DNA of 64,000 nucleotides, taken from assembly GCF_006345805.1 (NCBI RefSeq), contig NC_042999.1, positions 114,576,001-114,640,000 on the forward strand. The letters run 5' to 3'. The DNA comes from Octopus sinensis. Its lineage: Eukaryota. A model generated the notes under the pieces. The model did not search any database, was not told where the DNA came from, and saw only the letters and a list, made by a program, of their open reading frames with translations. A program made the translations under genes and the position numbers. Below, one piece after another: positions 1-12,792 of the stretch; the stretch's first letter is position 1, and the number at the start of each line of letters is the position of its first letter.

Positions 1-164
1 CATTTTACATAGTTTAACCAACACAATGTGTGAAAAGCAAAATAGGAATTTTGAAAGAAGGTTCTATAAAACTAGTTTTTAAAAAATCGAATGACTATGG
101 GGCCCACCGGAATACAATAGTATTTCAAAGGGGTTCATATATAAAAAATGGTTGAGAACCCCTG
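1..164. mobile_element. Right end of a hAT/Charlie-like MITE (runs off the window start)
   Basis: Ends in AAAAATGGTTGAGAACCCCTG, whose reverse complement CAGGGGTTCTCAACC is a typical hAT-Charlie terminus. The partner end is not in the window. Confidence 0.55.
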
Positions 165-182
165 ATTTAGAAGAAAGACCAT

Positions 183-400
183 GGCGAGCAGACAGAATCG
201 TTACTGCACAGGACAAAGCATTTTGCTGCATTTCTTTCGACTTATTACGTTCTGAATTTAAATGATGCAGAGGTCGACTTTGTATTTCATTCTTTCAAGG
301 TGAATAAAATGAGTACCAGTTGAGCACTGGGGTCGATGTAATTGACTAGACTCCTCCCCACCAAATTTCAGGTCTTGTGCCTATTGTTGAAAGAATTATT
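183..400 (+). mobile_element. SINE family A copy (tRNA-derived head, central CATCCTTTCGGGGTCGATAAA..GTACCAG domain), degenerate
   Basis: GGCGAG..GACAGAATCGTTA head, GAGGTCGACTTTG, AATAAAATGAGTACCAG and CACTGGGGTCGATGTAAT motifs shared with more than 20 copies in the window. The central domain resembles the MetaSINE core as I recall it (not checked). Confidence 0.8.
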
Positions 401-582
401 CGGAAGAGAAGGTCACAATGTTTGAAGCAGTGTCAAAGAAATGAAAATGATCTATTTTAGTATGTTTTATGTTGTCTGATAATAATCAGTTCTGCTTTCT
501 TGCTATTAGAATCAACCAATTTATTGAAGAGTTGTTTCTATTGTTACTTTCCATTACCTCAAACAGAATCGTTCAAACTTAC

Positions 583-691
583 GTATAAATGCTGCTCCAA
601 TTGGCTGATATGTGGTGTTGTAGTTGTAGATGGACCATTGAATGGTTAGAAGCGTAGAAATCGTGACAATTAATAAATTAAGTAGAAGAAG
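583..691 (-). CDS. Candidate exon (hydrophobic peptide LLLLNLLIVTISTLLTIQWSIYNYNTTYQPIGAAFI)
   Basis: Perfect donor TAC|GTAAGT at 583/582, weak AAG acceptor, open frame. No homology recognised. Confidence 0.2.
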
Positions 692-699
692 CTTTAGCA

Positions 700-832
700 A
701 GGAATAGTTCGATTATGAGAATAGGTTGGTAAATGAAAAGTAATGAGCGTCCATAATAAAAGGATGGGGAAGAGAGAAAGTGAGAGAGAGACGGGGGAAA
801 GAGAGGGTAAGGGAGAAAGACGAAAAATCTGT

Positions 833-875
<43 letters not shown>

Positions 876-1620
876 ATGTAACGTTATTAGTTCAAGAAGG
901 GTAGCGAGAGGGGCAGTGATAGACATAGAGGAGAATAGAGACAAACATTTAGGATTTGTCACAATGCAGTATTATAGGAAAAGGTTACAAATACAATAAG
1001 TATGAAACGTGTGTTTGTATGCGTGAGAGAGAGAGGGGGAGTGAGAGGGGGAGAGAGAAAGAGAGAGGGAGAGAGGAAGAGAGTGAGAGTTAGGGAGAGA
1101 CTAAACAGAGTGTGTAGATGAAGAGAAAGTAATTTAGAGATGTGAAACGAATAAACAAATAATTTAGAAGATGAAGGTAAGAAAGAAGAAGAGAATAAAT
1201 ATATGATGAAATAGAATGGAAATGTAAAGAAGAATGTGAGAGAGTAAAGTGATGACGAAAAGAAAGAAAAAGAAACAGTAAGAAACAGAAACAGAAGGAA
1301 AATGAAAAGAAGGCGATAAAATAAATAATAACAAAAATAAAAATGAAGGAATGAAATAAATAAATAAAAGAAGGAATGAGGATAATGAAAGAAGGAATGA
1401 TAGAATGGAGGGAAGAAGGAAGAAAAGAAGGAAAACAAAACGGCAAGAAAAGAAATAAATGAAGAAAGAAGAATTAATAAGTAATAGACAAAAAGAAGGA
1501 AAAAATAAAGGGAAAGAAGGTTAGAAAGCAAGCAAGCAAGCAAGAAAGAAAGAACGAACGAAAGAAAGAAGGAAAGAAAGAAGGAAAGAAAGAAGGGAGA
1601 ATATAGAAGGAAAGATAGGG
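700..1620. repeat. Purine-rich (GA/GAA/GAAA) low-complexity tract
   Basis: Direct reading; it produces the spurious Phe/Leu/Ser ORFs on the minus strand. Confidence 0.9.
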
Positions 1621-2093
1621 GTAATTGAATATAAAATATACTCTGTCTTGAAAGAGTTTTGATAGAGGAATGAGTTAAATGTCGGTTGAGAATAAGTTAG
1701 ATAATAAATAGGACAAAGGGGGTGGTAAGAGCAAATATCGACTTATAAGGGGTTTGGTAAGGAGTTTGGTCGAATAGGCAGAAGGAAGGGCTAACTAGAT
1801 AAACGTATAAAATTAGATATATAGAAAAGACTGTTAGAAAAGAGATATTTTACCGTTGATTGCAAAAACTATTTCAATGAAATAAAAGCCATTGTAAAGG
1901 ATAGAGAAGAGAAGAGGGACTACACTCGGTCAGTGATGTAGTTATTGTATGATTTACATACAAGCATACATACATATGGTTTCCGCGAATATGTAGAAGC
2001 ATGGCCTGCCGGACAGCTATTAAACACAAACCACGTGCGAGAGCGAGATGGATCTTCAGTAAATCATAAATGCGAAAAAGATGCACACGCTAA

Positions 2094-2160
2094 GGGCCTG
2101 AAGAAACGCTGTAAAGCTGAGCGCTTTATGAACGTGAAACCCAGGATAAACCCATAGCCC
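2094..2160 (+). ncRNA. Degenerate type-I hammerhead-ribozyme-like motif
   Basis: GGGC-CTGAAGA-A-[ACG..TAAAGC loop GCTTTA..CGT]-GAAA-...-ATA-GCCC. Stems I and II and the core are present; stem III does not pair. Confidence 0.35.
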
Positions 2161-2586
2161 GGCTCTTTCTATCTTTGTATTCTCTACTACTCTCTTTCGG
2201 ATTTATGTGCTTCTCTTTCGGATTTATGATTTACTGAATAAATATATATATATTGGGTCATCCCATATTGACTTCACGTTGGCTATTGACTTCGTATTGG
2301 CAATTGACTACACATTGCCAGCTGGAGGAGGTGTCCTCCTGGGGCTACAAGCAACAGTAACATCCACCCTTAAGGGTTAGCCACATTTAAGTGGCAAATA
2401 TACTTCACGTTGTCGTGCAGCTACTGTTTATACCTCGCTCAGAGATTTATTATAAATATAACATCGTTATGCATTTTTACTTTTTTCTACAATCATTCTC
2501 CTATTTTCCTACATACTCCTCATTTGCTTCCTTTTAACTCCTCATATTGAACTCTAATATTTCCTTCCATTTAACCATCTCACATC

Positions 2587-2634
2587 GTCTTTGATGAAGG
2601 CATACCCCTAATATCCTAGAAACAGCTGTATGAC
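2587..2634 (+). ncRNA. Minimal type-I hammerhead-like motif (family H3) in a Penelope-pLTR-like repeat ending at (TA)n
   Basis: GTCT-TTGATGA-AGG..CCT-A-GAAA-CAGCTG-TA-TGAC: palindromic stem III, GUA triplet, C3U variant. A second copy at 22186 has the AGAC stem-I partner. Confidence 0.55.
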
Positions 2635-2710
2635 TAACCTTCTCTTTATAAATGTCCTGAAAACTCCACACAGCGTTACCTGCCACCTTCGGTCTTCTTG
2701 ATGCCAATAC

Positions 2711-2742
<32 letters not shown>

Positions 2743-2799
2743 ATGTATGTGTGTGGGTGTGTGTTATAAATATATATGTTGTATGCATGTATATGTCTT

Positions 2800-2892
2800 C
2801 TACTATGGCCTCGGGCTGCCACCAGGCCTTGTGAGTGGATTTGGTGGACGGAAGCTGGAGGAGGCCTGTCGTATATATGTATGTATGTATAT

Positions 2893-2937
<45 letters not shown>

Positions 2938-3180
2938 TGGTGTGTGTTGTGTGTGTGTGTGTGTGTGTGCTTATGTTTGTGTGTCTGTGTTTGTCCCCCC
3001 AACATCGCTTGACAACCAATGCTGGTTTGTTTAGCTCCCCGTAACTTAGCGCTTCGGCAAAAGAGACCGATAGAATAAGTACTAGGCTTACAAAGAATAA
3101 GTTCTGGGGTCGATTTGCTCGATTAAAGGCGGTGCTCCAGCATGGCCACAGTCAAATGACTGAAACAAATAAAAGAGAAA
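2800..3180 (+). mobile_element. SINE family B, 5'-incomplete, with internal (TA)n/(TG)n
   Basis: GCCTTGTGAGTGGATTTGG..GTCGTA [SSR] GTGTTTGTCCCCCCAACATCGCTTGACAACC..GTCAAATGACTGAAACAAATAAAAG; matches the copies at 3911 and 48209. Confidence 0.85.
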
Positions 3181-3200
3181 AGAGAGAAAGATATATATAT

Positions 3201-3480
3201 AAAATGGGACAAGAACGCAAAACATCCAGAGCGACGTTACAAAGAAAACAAGAACGGGTCATTCGGAGTTTTCTTTCCTCAGTCGAGTTCCAGATTATAG
3301 GCTGGTTATACTCGAGATTGATCCAATCTTGCCAGTCCCAAGGAAAAGCTAAGCTAAGAGCATTAGATTCCTTGGAAGAAAGCAGCGAATGTATACGAAA
3401 ACAAGGACGAAAAAAAAAAACGGAGAATGTTACACAAATACAAATAACAGCGTCTTTCTACTAAGGAGGAATTAAATTAT
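3201..3480 (-). mobile_element. Penelope-pLTR-like short repeat, family P1
   Basis: Homologous to 9225-9524 and 48692-48915; the TTCTTGTCCCATTTT end abuts (TA)n in all three. Confidence 0.6.
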
Positions 3481-3564
3481 GCAGGCGTGATTAGGAGGTA
3501 AAACCTTACGGCAGGGATACAAGATTCACAGATACGGGAGGATTTATAGATGTTGCACGAACGG

Positions 3565-3599
<35 letters not shown>

Positions 3600-3617
3600 T
3601 GTAGTATGATGTATATA

Positions 3618-3708
<91 letters not shown>

Positions 3709-3910
3709 ATGTAATATTTTGTGCTTAGAGTACTAATAAATACGGTCTCGCATATATAATTTGGGTGTGTAAAAATTTCGATCAGTTGAAACTATCCAAG
3801 CCATTAGTATATAAAATCTCCTTCAAGAGGTTTCAAAATATAGAAACAACAGACAAAAAAGATAGCTCCAATAAAATTAGTCAATCGAAAATTTGCAGAT
3901 TTTACATACA

Positions 3911-4080
3911 TAGGCGCAGGAGCGGCTGTGGAGTAAGTAGCTTGCTTACTAACCACATGGTTCCGGGTTCAGTCCCACTGCGTGGCACCTTGGGCAAGTG
4001 TTTTCTACTATTGCCTCAGGCCGATGGTTGAAAGCCTTGTGAGTGGGTGGTTGGTAGACGGAAGCTGAAAGAAGACTGTC

Positions 4081-4154
<74 letters not shown>

Positions 4155-4418
4155 TATATAATATATATATATATAATATATATATAATATATTATATATA
4201 TATATATGTATATGTTGTGTGCATGTGTTTGTCCCCCAATATCGCTTGACAAACCGATGCTGGTGTGTTTACGTCCCCGTCAACTAGCGGTTCAGCAATA
4301 GAGACCGATAGAATAAGTACTAGTCTTATAAAGAATAAGTCCTGGGGTCGATTTGTTCGACTAAAGGGCGTGCTCCAGCATGACCATCAAATGACTGAAA
4401 CAAATAAAAGAATAAAAG
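3911..4418 (+). mobile_element. SINE family B, full length, with internal (TA)n
   Basis: tRNA-like head TAGGCGCAGGAGCGGCTGTGGAGTAAG..GGTTCAGTCCC, CORE-like CACCTTGGGCAAG, internal SSR, 3' CAAATAAAAG. Confidence 0.9.
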
Positions 4419-4504
4419 GAAAGAAATACATAGCTATGAATATACGTCTATATCTATGTACGTATATGTATTTATTTCAAGTTAACACACACACACACAC
4501 ATAC

Positions 4505-4552
<48 letters not shown>

Positions 4553-4742
4553 TAAATCGATAAAATGCGTACAGTGAATATGCCGTGGGGAATAGAAAAC
4601 CCATTGTTTTGGATAGTGTCGTTTTCTCCTTTCAAATTTTAGTTCAAGAAGTTTTCCCCACTTCACGGCAAGTTTACTATACTCTTGCCGACGCAGACCA
4701 ACACCACCCTCTTTGAAATCTGTTTGACTATATATATATATA

Positions 4743-4774
<32 letters not shown>

Positions 4775-4988
4775 TATATATATATATATATATACATATA
4801 TATACAATATATATATCTTATATATATATATATATATATAAATATATATATATTATATATATTATACATATGTGTGTGTGCGTGTGTGTGTACGTACTGA
4901 ATGTATGTAGTGGCGTTTATCAGTAATATCAACGATATGGCTGCACCAAAATACCTCAAAAGATCGTTTTGCATACTAAATCCAAGTA

Positions 4989-5005
4989 CAGTAGAGTCTC
5001 ACTTA
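4989..5005 (+). mobile_element. Possible Tigger/pogo-type terminal inverted repeat, orphan
   Basis: TA|CAGTAGAGTCTCACTTA resembles pogo/Tigger ends; no partner end found. Confidence 0.3.
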
Positions 5006-6780
5006 ATAAACTGAGATGAGAAACTTCAATCGTCCGAGATTATCCAAAAAATTAAGACAAAGAGTTGTTTAAAATCTAAAGCCAACAAGCATGGGAGATA
5101 ATCCTGTTAAGATCTTTTGGTCAGCATTTTGGATATTAAAAGCATTTTCTTACTGAAATCCGCCTGATCTTTAAATCAAGGGGTCTAATTATGAAATCAG
5201 TGTCTAATTAAGCTTGTTTGGAACTAAATATTTTATGTTGGTTTTAATATGTTAAATATTTGTTCAAGTCTTCGATTTTGTCCCATAGTTTGATCTAACT
5301 TGTTTCATTGTATTAAGGATTTAGATCATGTCTTCGATTCTGATCCATCATTTTAAGATAGCCAAAATAATACTGAAACACATACTTGCGCCAAGTAATG
5401 ACTACCATTATCCCTTCAATACAATGACTCGTTGCTATTTCCTCAGCTTCAATGTTGATAGTTAAAATTGCTAAAAACGTAACATTCGAATACATATCAT
5501 GCCAAGCAATGACCATGGCCGACATTATCCCTTCAATACAAAGACCCATTCTTATTTTCTTGACTTCAGCGTGATCTGAAATCAGAACCCCAAACGAACA
5601 TCTTGGTTTGAGCGCCACCATATCCATTATGCCAAAGCATCGCCACCTACCAATCTTTTTTATTTTTATATGAATATCGCTATATCTTTGTATTAGTGTC
5701 AGCTATTTCAATTCAACATTGGCGATAACCTTGGCTATTTAGCTCATTTTCTTATATTGGTCCGTGTGATTTCGAGATAACTAATAAGACACGTTGACAA
5801 AGAGGTTGTAAGGTTGTATCTTTTGACATTGCTGGAATTACGTTCCGTTCCTCTTAGGCTTTGACACCCATTTTATTTATATTTTATTTCATTTCATTTT
5901 ATTTATATATTCTTTTATATTTTTTTTTACATGAAACTTTCAAATGTCTTGTTTATCAAACCAAATCCTTCGAAATAGCCTTCATATTAACGATTGCCTT
6001 ACGCAAATCTGTTTATTTCTATCTTCACGTTGTTAATGGCATTCACACTTCCTATAAATACAAGGGACAAATTGTAACATATTTTGTCTTGTTTCCTAGT
6101 CCTCTAGGTTATTTACATCGTAAATCAATGATTTTTGGCACTTTATATTTCATATTATACTGTAGAAAGAAACATTATTACTATAATTCGAAATTTCTCT
6201 CCCCCAGTCCCACTTCCTTACACTAACACACTAATACACATATCTTCAGAAGCATTAATAAACATACACACAAGTACGCACGCGCACATTTACAGACGCG
6301 TGCACGTACACGCGCACACACATCGACACACGCACACATACGTGTACGCATGCAAGTATGAAAAGCATTAAAAAGCGAAACCAATACTTAGTCACACAGG
6401 CATACTCACACAAATATACAAATATATGCTTGAGTGTATGTATGTAAACACACGCTCATGCACACAAAAATACACATATATACACATACATAACTTATAT
6501 AGATATACATGCATATGCACACATACATATATACATATGGCTTATATGTATGCATATATATAAATATATATATATATATAATTAATATATATTATATATA
6601 TATATACATGTATATGTATATACACTTACATGAGTATATATATGTATAATATGTAAATGTATATACTTACATATATATATGTATGTATGTAGTATACATT
6701 TTACATGCGTACATATATGTGTGAATATTTATTTATAAATGGCATATGTATGCAAATATATATGCATTTACGTGTATATA

Positions 6781-6832
<52 letters not shown>

Positions 6833-7759
6833 GTATATATATATTTATATCTATATCTATATCTATATCTATATCTATATTATACATATGCATGTATGTA
6901 TTTCCCTGCATACATGTTTGTGTGTGTGTGTATGCATATACTTATATACTGGGAGGGGTGCATTTATTGACCTGTAAAGCTCACTTCAATAGAAGTTTCT
7001 TCAATCAATAACCTTAGAAATATATGTGTATTGAAGATCTTCTTTGCCACGTTAGATGAGAATGCAAACTGAGTAAAGCAACGGATCATAGAAAATATTG
7101 ACAGGAGGTATATTTTAAATTTATATATTAGTTTGCGATGTTAGTTTTGTCTACGTGCTTCGTCTACTTCATTTGATATAGACGCTCTCTGCTTCAATAG
7201 AAATGTTTTCTGTGGGGTCCTATTTATTTTTATTTTGCTAATATTATTATTGTTGTTTTTTTCTTATTCTCCTTGTTTTTTTGTTTTTCTTGGCACGGAA
7301 CACTTAAGCTATCAAAAGGAATATAGTATATCTTCGATAGAATCCTATTTATTTATTTTTTAAATACACTGTTACGCTCAAATGGGATTAAATTTATCAA
7401 CGTTACGAGATCTATATCCTTTTACAACTTTTACGGCATGCTATTTCGCTGTGTTTGTATCTCTTTTATTTCTTCTTATTACATTTAGTATCTTTGAATA
7501 ATACGACTGGCAAGTATTTCTAATAACTGTTTACTCAGGGAAAATAAAAGATATATCTGAACAGTACTAAAAAGAATATAACAGCTCATAGTGATATAAA
7601 ACAGACTCATAAAAACTACTTGGCTTTTGCTGTTTCTTAATTTCTATGTGTCTAGAGAGAAACCATAGCATTTTTTTTTCCTATCCAACGGATTTGTTTT
7701 CTCAGTCAATGAACAAGTTAGAAATAGCCCTGGACACTACCAATGGTGATAGGTTGAAG

Positions 7760-8130
7760 GAGAAAAGAAAAAAAAATGGCGGTTTGATGTGAGATCCAGA
7801 GAAGATTTAGTAGACGTCGGCCATGTTTGATTAGCAAGCTAACATCAATGCCCTATCGGCCATTTATCTGAGTTTGCGACTAGTGCTTTTACACGCCCTC
7901 ATCTACATCACTGTCATATCATCTGGAACATGCATACAATTGAATTCGTGCCGCCGTCAGAGATTGTAAACGTCATTCGGTTGCCTTCCCTGTAGAACGT
8001 GTCATAAAACTACAGCGCCACACTCGAGACGTATTTCAATTTCGGTAAAAAAAGAAAAAAAGTAAGTAAAGTGTAAAGAGATACGCGAAAAGCAACCAGC
8101 AGAAGTAGCTGCGGCGGAGTGTAGAGGTCA
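7760..8130. promoter_or_regulatory. CpG-enriched single-copy segment, promoter-like
   Basis: AAAATGGCGG (YY1-type) at 7773-7782, CGGCCATGTT, many CpGs in an AT-rich background, a GTAAGT motif near 8061. Confidence 0.25.
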
Positions 8131-8270
8131 AGAGTAATAGATGGGAGAAAATAGTGACCCAACTGACATATGACATGTACTTTTACTTGATGGGAGTTTA
8201 TTACTCGCTCCAGTTTGATTTCCATACGATATTATGTCGGACATCTTATTATTATGGTAAGCAACTGCTG

Positions 8271-8370
8271 NNNNNNNNNNNNNNNNNNNNNNNNNNNNNN
8301 NNNNNNNNNNNNNNNNNNNNNNNNNNNNNNNNNNNNNNNNNNNNNNNNNNNNNNNNNNNNNNNNNNNNNN
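8271..8370. other. Assembly gap (100 N)
   Basis: Run of exactly 100 N, probably a placeholder of unknown size. Confidence 0.99.
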
Positions 8371-8591
8371 GACTCTGTTAGTAAGACACAACCAAATTAT
8401 TAATCACTCTACATAAATTTATTAACAACGAATGTTTATTAATTCACAGCCAGTCAGTTCATAATAAGCAAACTTTTAACACATGTCAACTTAGAAGTAA
8501 AATATGACCAATATAAACGATTAGAAACATATCAACGAATATTATCTTTTAATAGAAAGAGTATATAAACAGTTTCAATCTCTTTACATAC

Positions 8592-8651
8592 CTTCCATTC
8601 GTTTGAGGATCTGGAACGTGAAACTCCATCTAGTCATTGAAATATTCAGAT
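8592..8651 (-). CDS. Candidate 60-nt exon
   Basis: TTCAG|ATCTG...GAAG|GTATGT. One frame is open throughout (LNISMTRWSFTFQILKRME); the alternative is a start exon MEFHVPDPQTNG. No homology recognised. Confidence 0.25.
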
Positions 8652-8684
8652 CTGAATAATATTCATTCCTTTTATATTGGTTTC

Positions 8685-8893
8685 AAATGTTGGCACAAAG
8701 CCAGCAATTTCATGCGTGGGTCGGAGTAAGTCGATTACATTCACCCCAGCACTTGATTTCATCGATTCTGTAAGGATGAAAAGCGGAGTCGACTTCGGCA
8801 GAATTTGAACCCAGGACGTAATGACAGACGAGATGCCGCTAAGTATTTTGTCCGGCGTACTAACGATGCTAACCATTCTCCCAGCTCACCGCT
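8685..8893 (-). mobile_element. SINE family A copy
   Basis: Reverse complement of the GGTGAGCTGG..GAAT head, B-box GGTTCAAATTC and central domain. Confidence 0.8.
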
Positions 8894-9224
8894 TAACATT
8901 CCCTGTATATTGATATGTATTAAGTGTTCTTAACACACACACACACACACATACACACGCGCGCACACATACACATATATATGCATATGTATAATACATA
9001 TACACGCATTCATATGCACATAAACAGATACGCGTATATTTACATACGTACATACACACATGCATACACAATGCAGATTTACACACACCTGTATATGTAT
9101 ATTTATGTGCATATATATCTATATATATACATGTGTACATATATGTATTTGTATATATGTATGTGTGTGTATATATTCATGCAAGCATACATATATATGT
9201 GTGTATGTGTTTGTGTGTGTGTTA

Positions 9225-9524
9225 TTTGCATTTGTATTTGTGTAACATTCTCCGTTTTTTTTCCGTCCTTGTTTTCGTATACATTCGCTGCTTTCTTCCA
9301 AGGAATCTAATGCTCTTAGCTTAGTTTTTCCTTGGGGCAAGCCAGATTGGAGCAATCTTGAGAATGACCAGCCGAAATTGCAAAGATAACCTGGAATTCG
9401 ACTGAAGAAAGGAAACTCCGAATGACCCGTCCTTGTTTTATTTGTATCGTCTGTCTGGATTACTTGTTGTCCCTTTCTTGTATCACCTAACTGTCTGGAT
9501 GTTTTGCGTTCTTGTCCCATTTTT
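9225..9524 (+). mobile_element. Penelope-pLTR-like short repeat, family P1
   Basis: Reverse complement of 3201-3480; ends GTTCTTGTCCCATTTT before (TA)n. Confidence 0.6.
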
Positions 9525-9624
9525 TTTATTATGTATATATATATATATATGTATGTGTATATATATATATATATATAAATGGGGGAAAATTCACGAAAAC
9601 AAAACAATATATATATGTATATAT

Positions 9625-9668
<44 letters not shown>

Positions 9669-9728
9669 ATATTATACATATGCATATATACGTATACACA
9701 TTCATATATACATATGTATACGTATATA

Positions 9729-9762
<34 letters not shown>

Positions 9763-9784
9763 CATACATATATATATATATGTA

Positions 9785-9819
<35 letters not shown>

Positions 9820-9879
9820 TATACATACATACATACATACATACATACGTACATACATACATACATACATACATGCATA

Positions 9880-10050
9880 CAGGAGAGTGCGTTGAAGAGT
9901 TCCTGGCTTTATGGGTATCACGGAAGGCTTGGTTGGAGGCTCAAACCTCAGAGTTCTTTTAGAGGGCTTAGAAAAACTGAAGGACCGCTGCAATAAGTGT
10001 AAGAATCTGAGAGAGGAATATGTTGAATAAAATCATAATTAATTGATATA
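9880..10050 (+). mobile_element. Internally deleted mariner element
   Basis: TA|CAGGAGAGTGCGTTGAAGAGTTCCTGGCTT mariner-type end joined to the transposase C-terminus [34 protein letters not shown] (typical F..G..KL..R..KC....GEYVE). Confidence 0.7.
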
Positions 10051-10510
10051 AGTGAAAATATATACATGTTAAATACATAAAGTATGGTAGACCCATTTGA
10101 AAGGGCTAAAGACAGACACATTCCTCTTTGGCCAAGCCCTCATTAACTTTTCAAGTTTCACTTGAAAAGGAAGTTGAGGGTGGAGAGGGAAGTGTTGCCT
10201 TCTAGCAAGTTGTTGAAAGGTGGGTGAATATTGGAAGAAAGGCCTGTGTGAAAGGACCAATTCTGAGCGTGCACCTGTCAAAAGGGAATCAAATGAGAAG
10301 GGCACCCGTGATTTATGTGGGTTTTTCCATGAGGACCTTAAAGCGCCTCCCCTATTGGGAGATTTAATTCGTTCAATTTTATTCTTATCACATTGTGTAC
10401 CCGCAGAAAATCCATTGTATCGTCCTGTTTTTGTTTTTTTATGTTATTGTATGTCATTTAATGTTTTGTATGTGAGCCCTTGTGGCTAATAAAAGAATAA
10501 ATTATCATTA

Positions 10511-10583
<73 letters not shown>

Positions 10584-10587
<4 letters not shown>

Positions 10588-10800
10588 TAGTTTTATTTTT
10601 ATAGCGTGCTTTCACTTCACTACCGAGCGCAGCTCTGTGTGCCTTGGGTATGTGCTGTGATTTGTTGTGATGCTCTGATGGTTATTGTATGGAAAGTGTT
10701 CTGCGTAGGATGTGTGCAGTGCCTAGTAGTGCAATTTTCTGTATGTTATATGTGTTTGTAAGTCCTGGTGTTTTTGTTATGTATTTGTCTGAATAATTTT
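10584..10800 (-). mobile_element. R4/Dong-type LINE 3' fragment in a (TAA)n array
   Basis: Encodes IQKIALLGTAHILRRTLSIQ* plus 3'UTR, nearly identical to 29630-29848; (TAA)n on both sides. Confidence 0.85.
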
Positions 10801-10828
10801 TATTATTATTAGATTATTATTATTATTA

Positions 10829-10892
<64 letters not shown>

Positions 10893-10924
10893 TATTTATA
10901 TATATGCATCCATATATAGTATGA

Positions 10925-11225
10925 CTGGGCACTGCGTAGGTTATGACTATGGGCGTTCCAGCTGATTCGATGAATGGAACAAACTACTCGGGAAAACAAC
11001 ATGCAAATGGCTGAGCAATCCACAAACGCGAGTAGTTCTCAGAGAGATTCAGCGAGACACACAGAATGTGACAAGACTGGCCCATTGAACTGAAGTTGCA
11101 ACACATTTTTGCCAGTTGAGTGAACTGGTGTAACGTGAAGTACCCTAACTTTAACATTTGCTCAAGGACAGAATGCGCTGCCGTGAACCGAAGTCATCGC
11201 CTTAGATCGTAAGCCGAATACACTA
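10925..11225 (-). mobile_element. SINE family C relative, degenerate
   Basis: Reverse complement gives a tRNA-like head (..AGCGGTTAGTGTATTCGGCTTACGATC..GACTTCGGTTC) then CTTGAGCAA and TTCACGTTACACCAGTTCACTCAAC as in 41506-41840; the 3' part differs. Confidence 0.6.
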
Positions 11226-11259
11226 ACCGCTTCGCCACATGCCATCGCACATACGCACA

Positions 11260-12032
<773 letters not shown>

Positions 12033-12077
12033 CATATATATTATATACATACATACATACACACACATACACACATA

Positions 12078-12178
12078 TAGGCGTAGGAGTGGCTGTGTGG
12101 TAAGTAGCTTGCTAACAAACCACATGGTTCCGGGTTAAGTCCCACTGCGTGGCATCTTGGGCAAGTGTCTTCTGCTAT
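12078..12178 (+). mobile_element. SINE family B, 5' half ending in (TA)n
   Basis: TAGGCGTAGGAGTGGCTGTGTGGTAAGTAGC..CATCTTGGGCAAGTGTCTTCTGCTATA. Confidence 0.85.
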
Positions 12179-12445
12179 ATATATATATATATATATATAG
12201 GTAAAAGGTTATTTTAACGTACCGATCTACTTGGTGAAATTATTAATTAATTGATGATTAATTAATTGAAAAATTACACCCTTTTATTATGAATTTAAAA
12301 TTACATACATACATACACACACATACACACACACATATATGTATATATATATATATATTATATATATATATATTTACATATACATACATATATATATATA
12401 TATACATACACACACATACACACACACATATATGTATATATATAT

Positions 12446-12508
<63 letters not shown>

Positions 12509-12761
12509 CCATATATCTCTACGTATTTAAAAAGTAACGGTTGTTACCACCTCAACGTGGTTGTTCCGTACAGAACAACGTACAGAACTCTTTTTAACCT
12601 CAGAAGGTCACCTCCTCCAGCAGACATACATACATACATACATACATACATACATACATACATACATACATACATACATACATACATACACGCACGCGCG
12701 CGCGCACACACACACACACACACAAACACACATGCACACACACATTGTTGTATTTCGGGAA

Positions 12762-12792
<31 letters not shown>

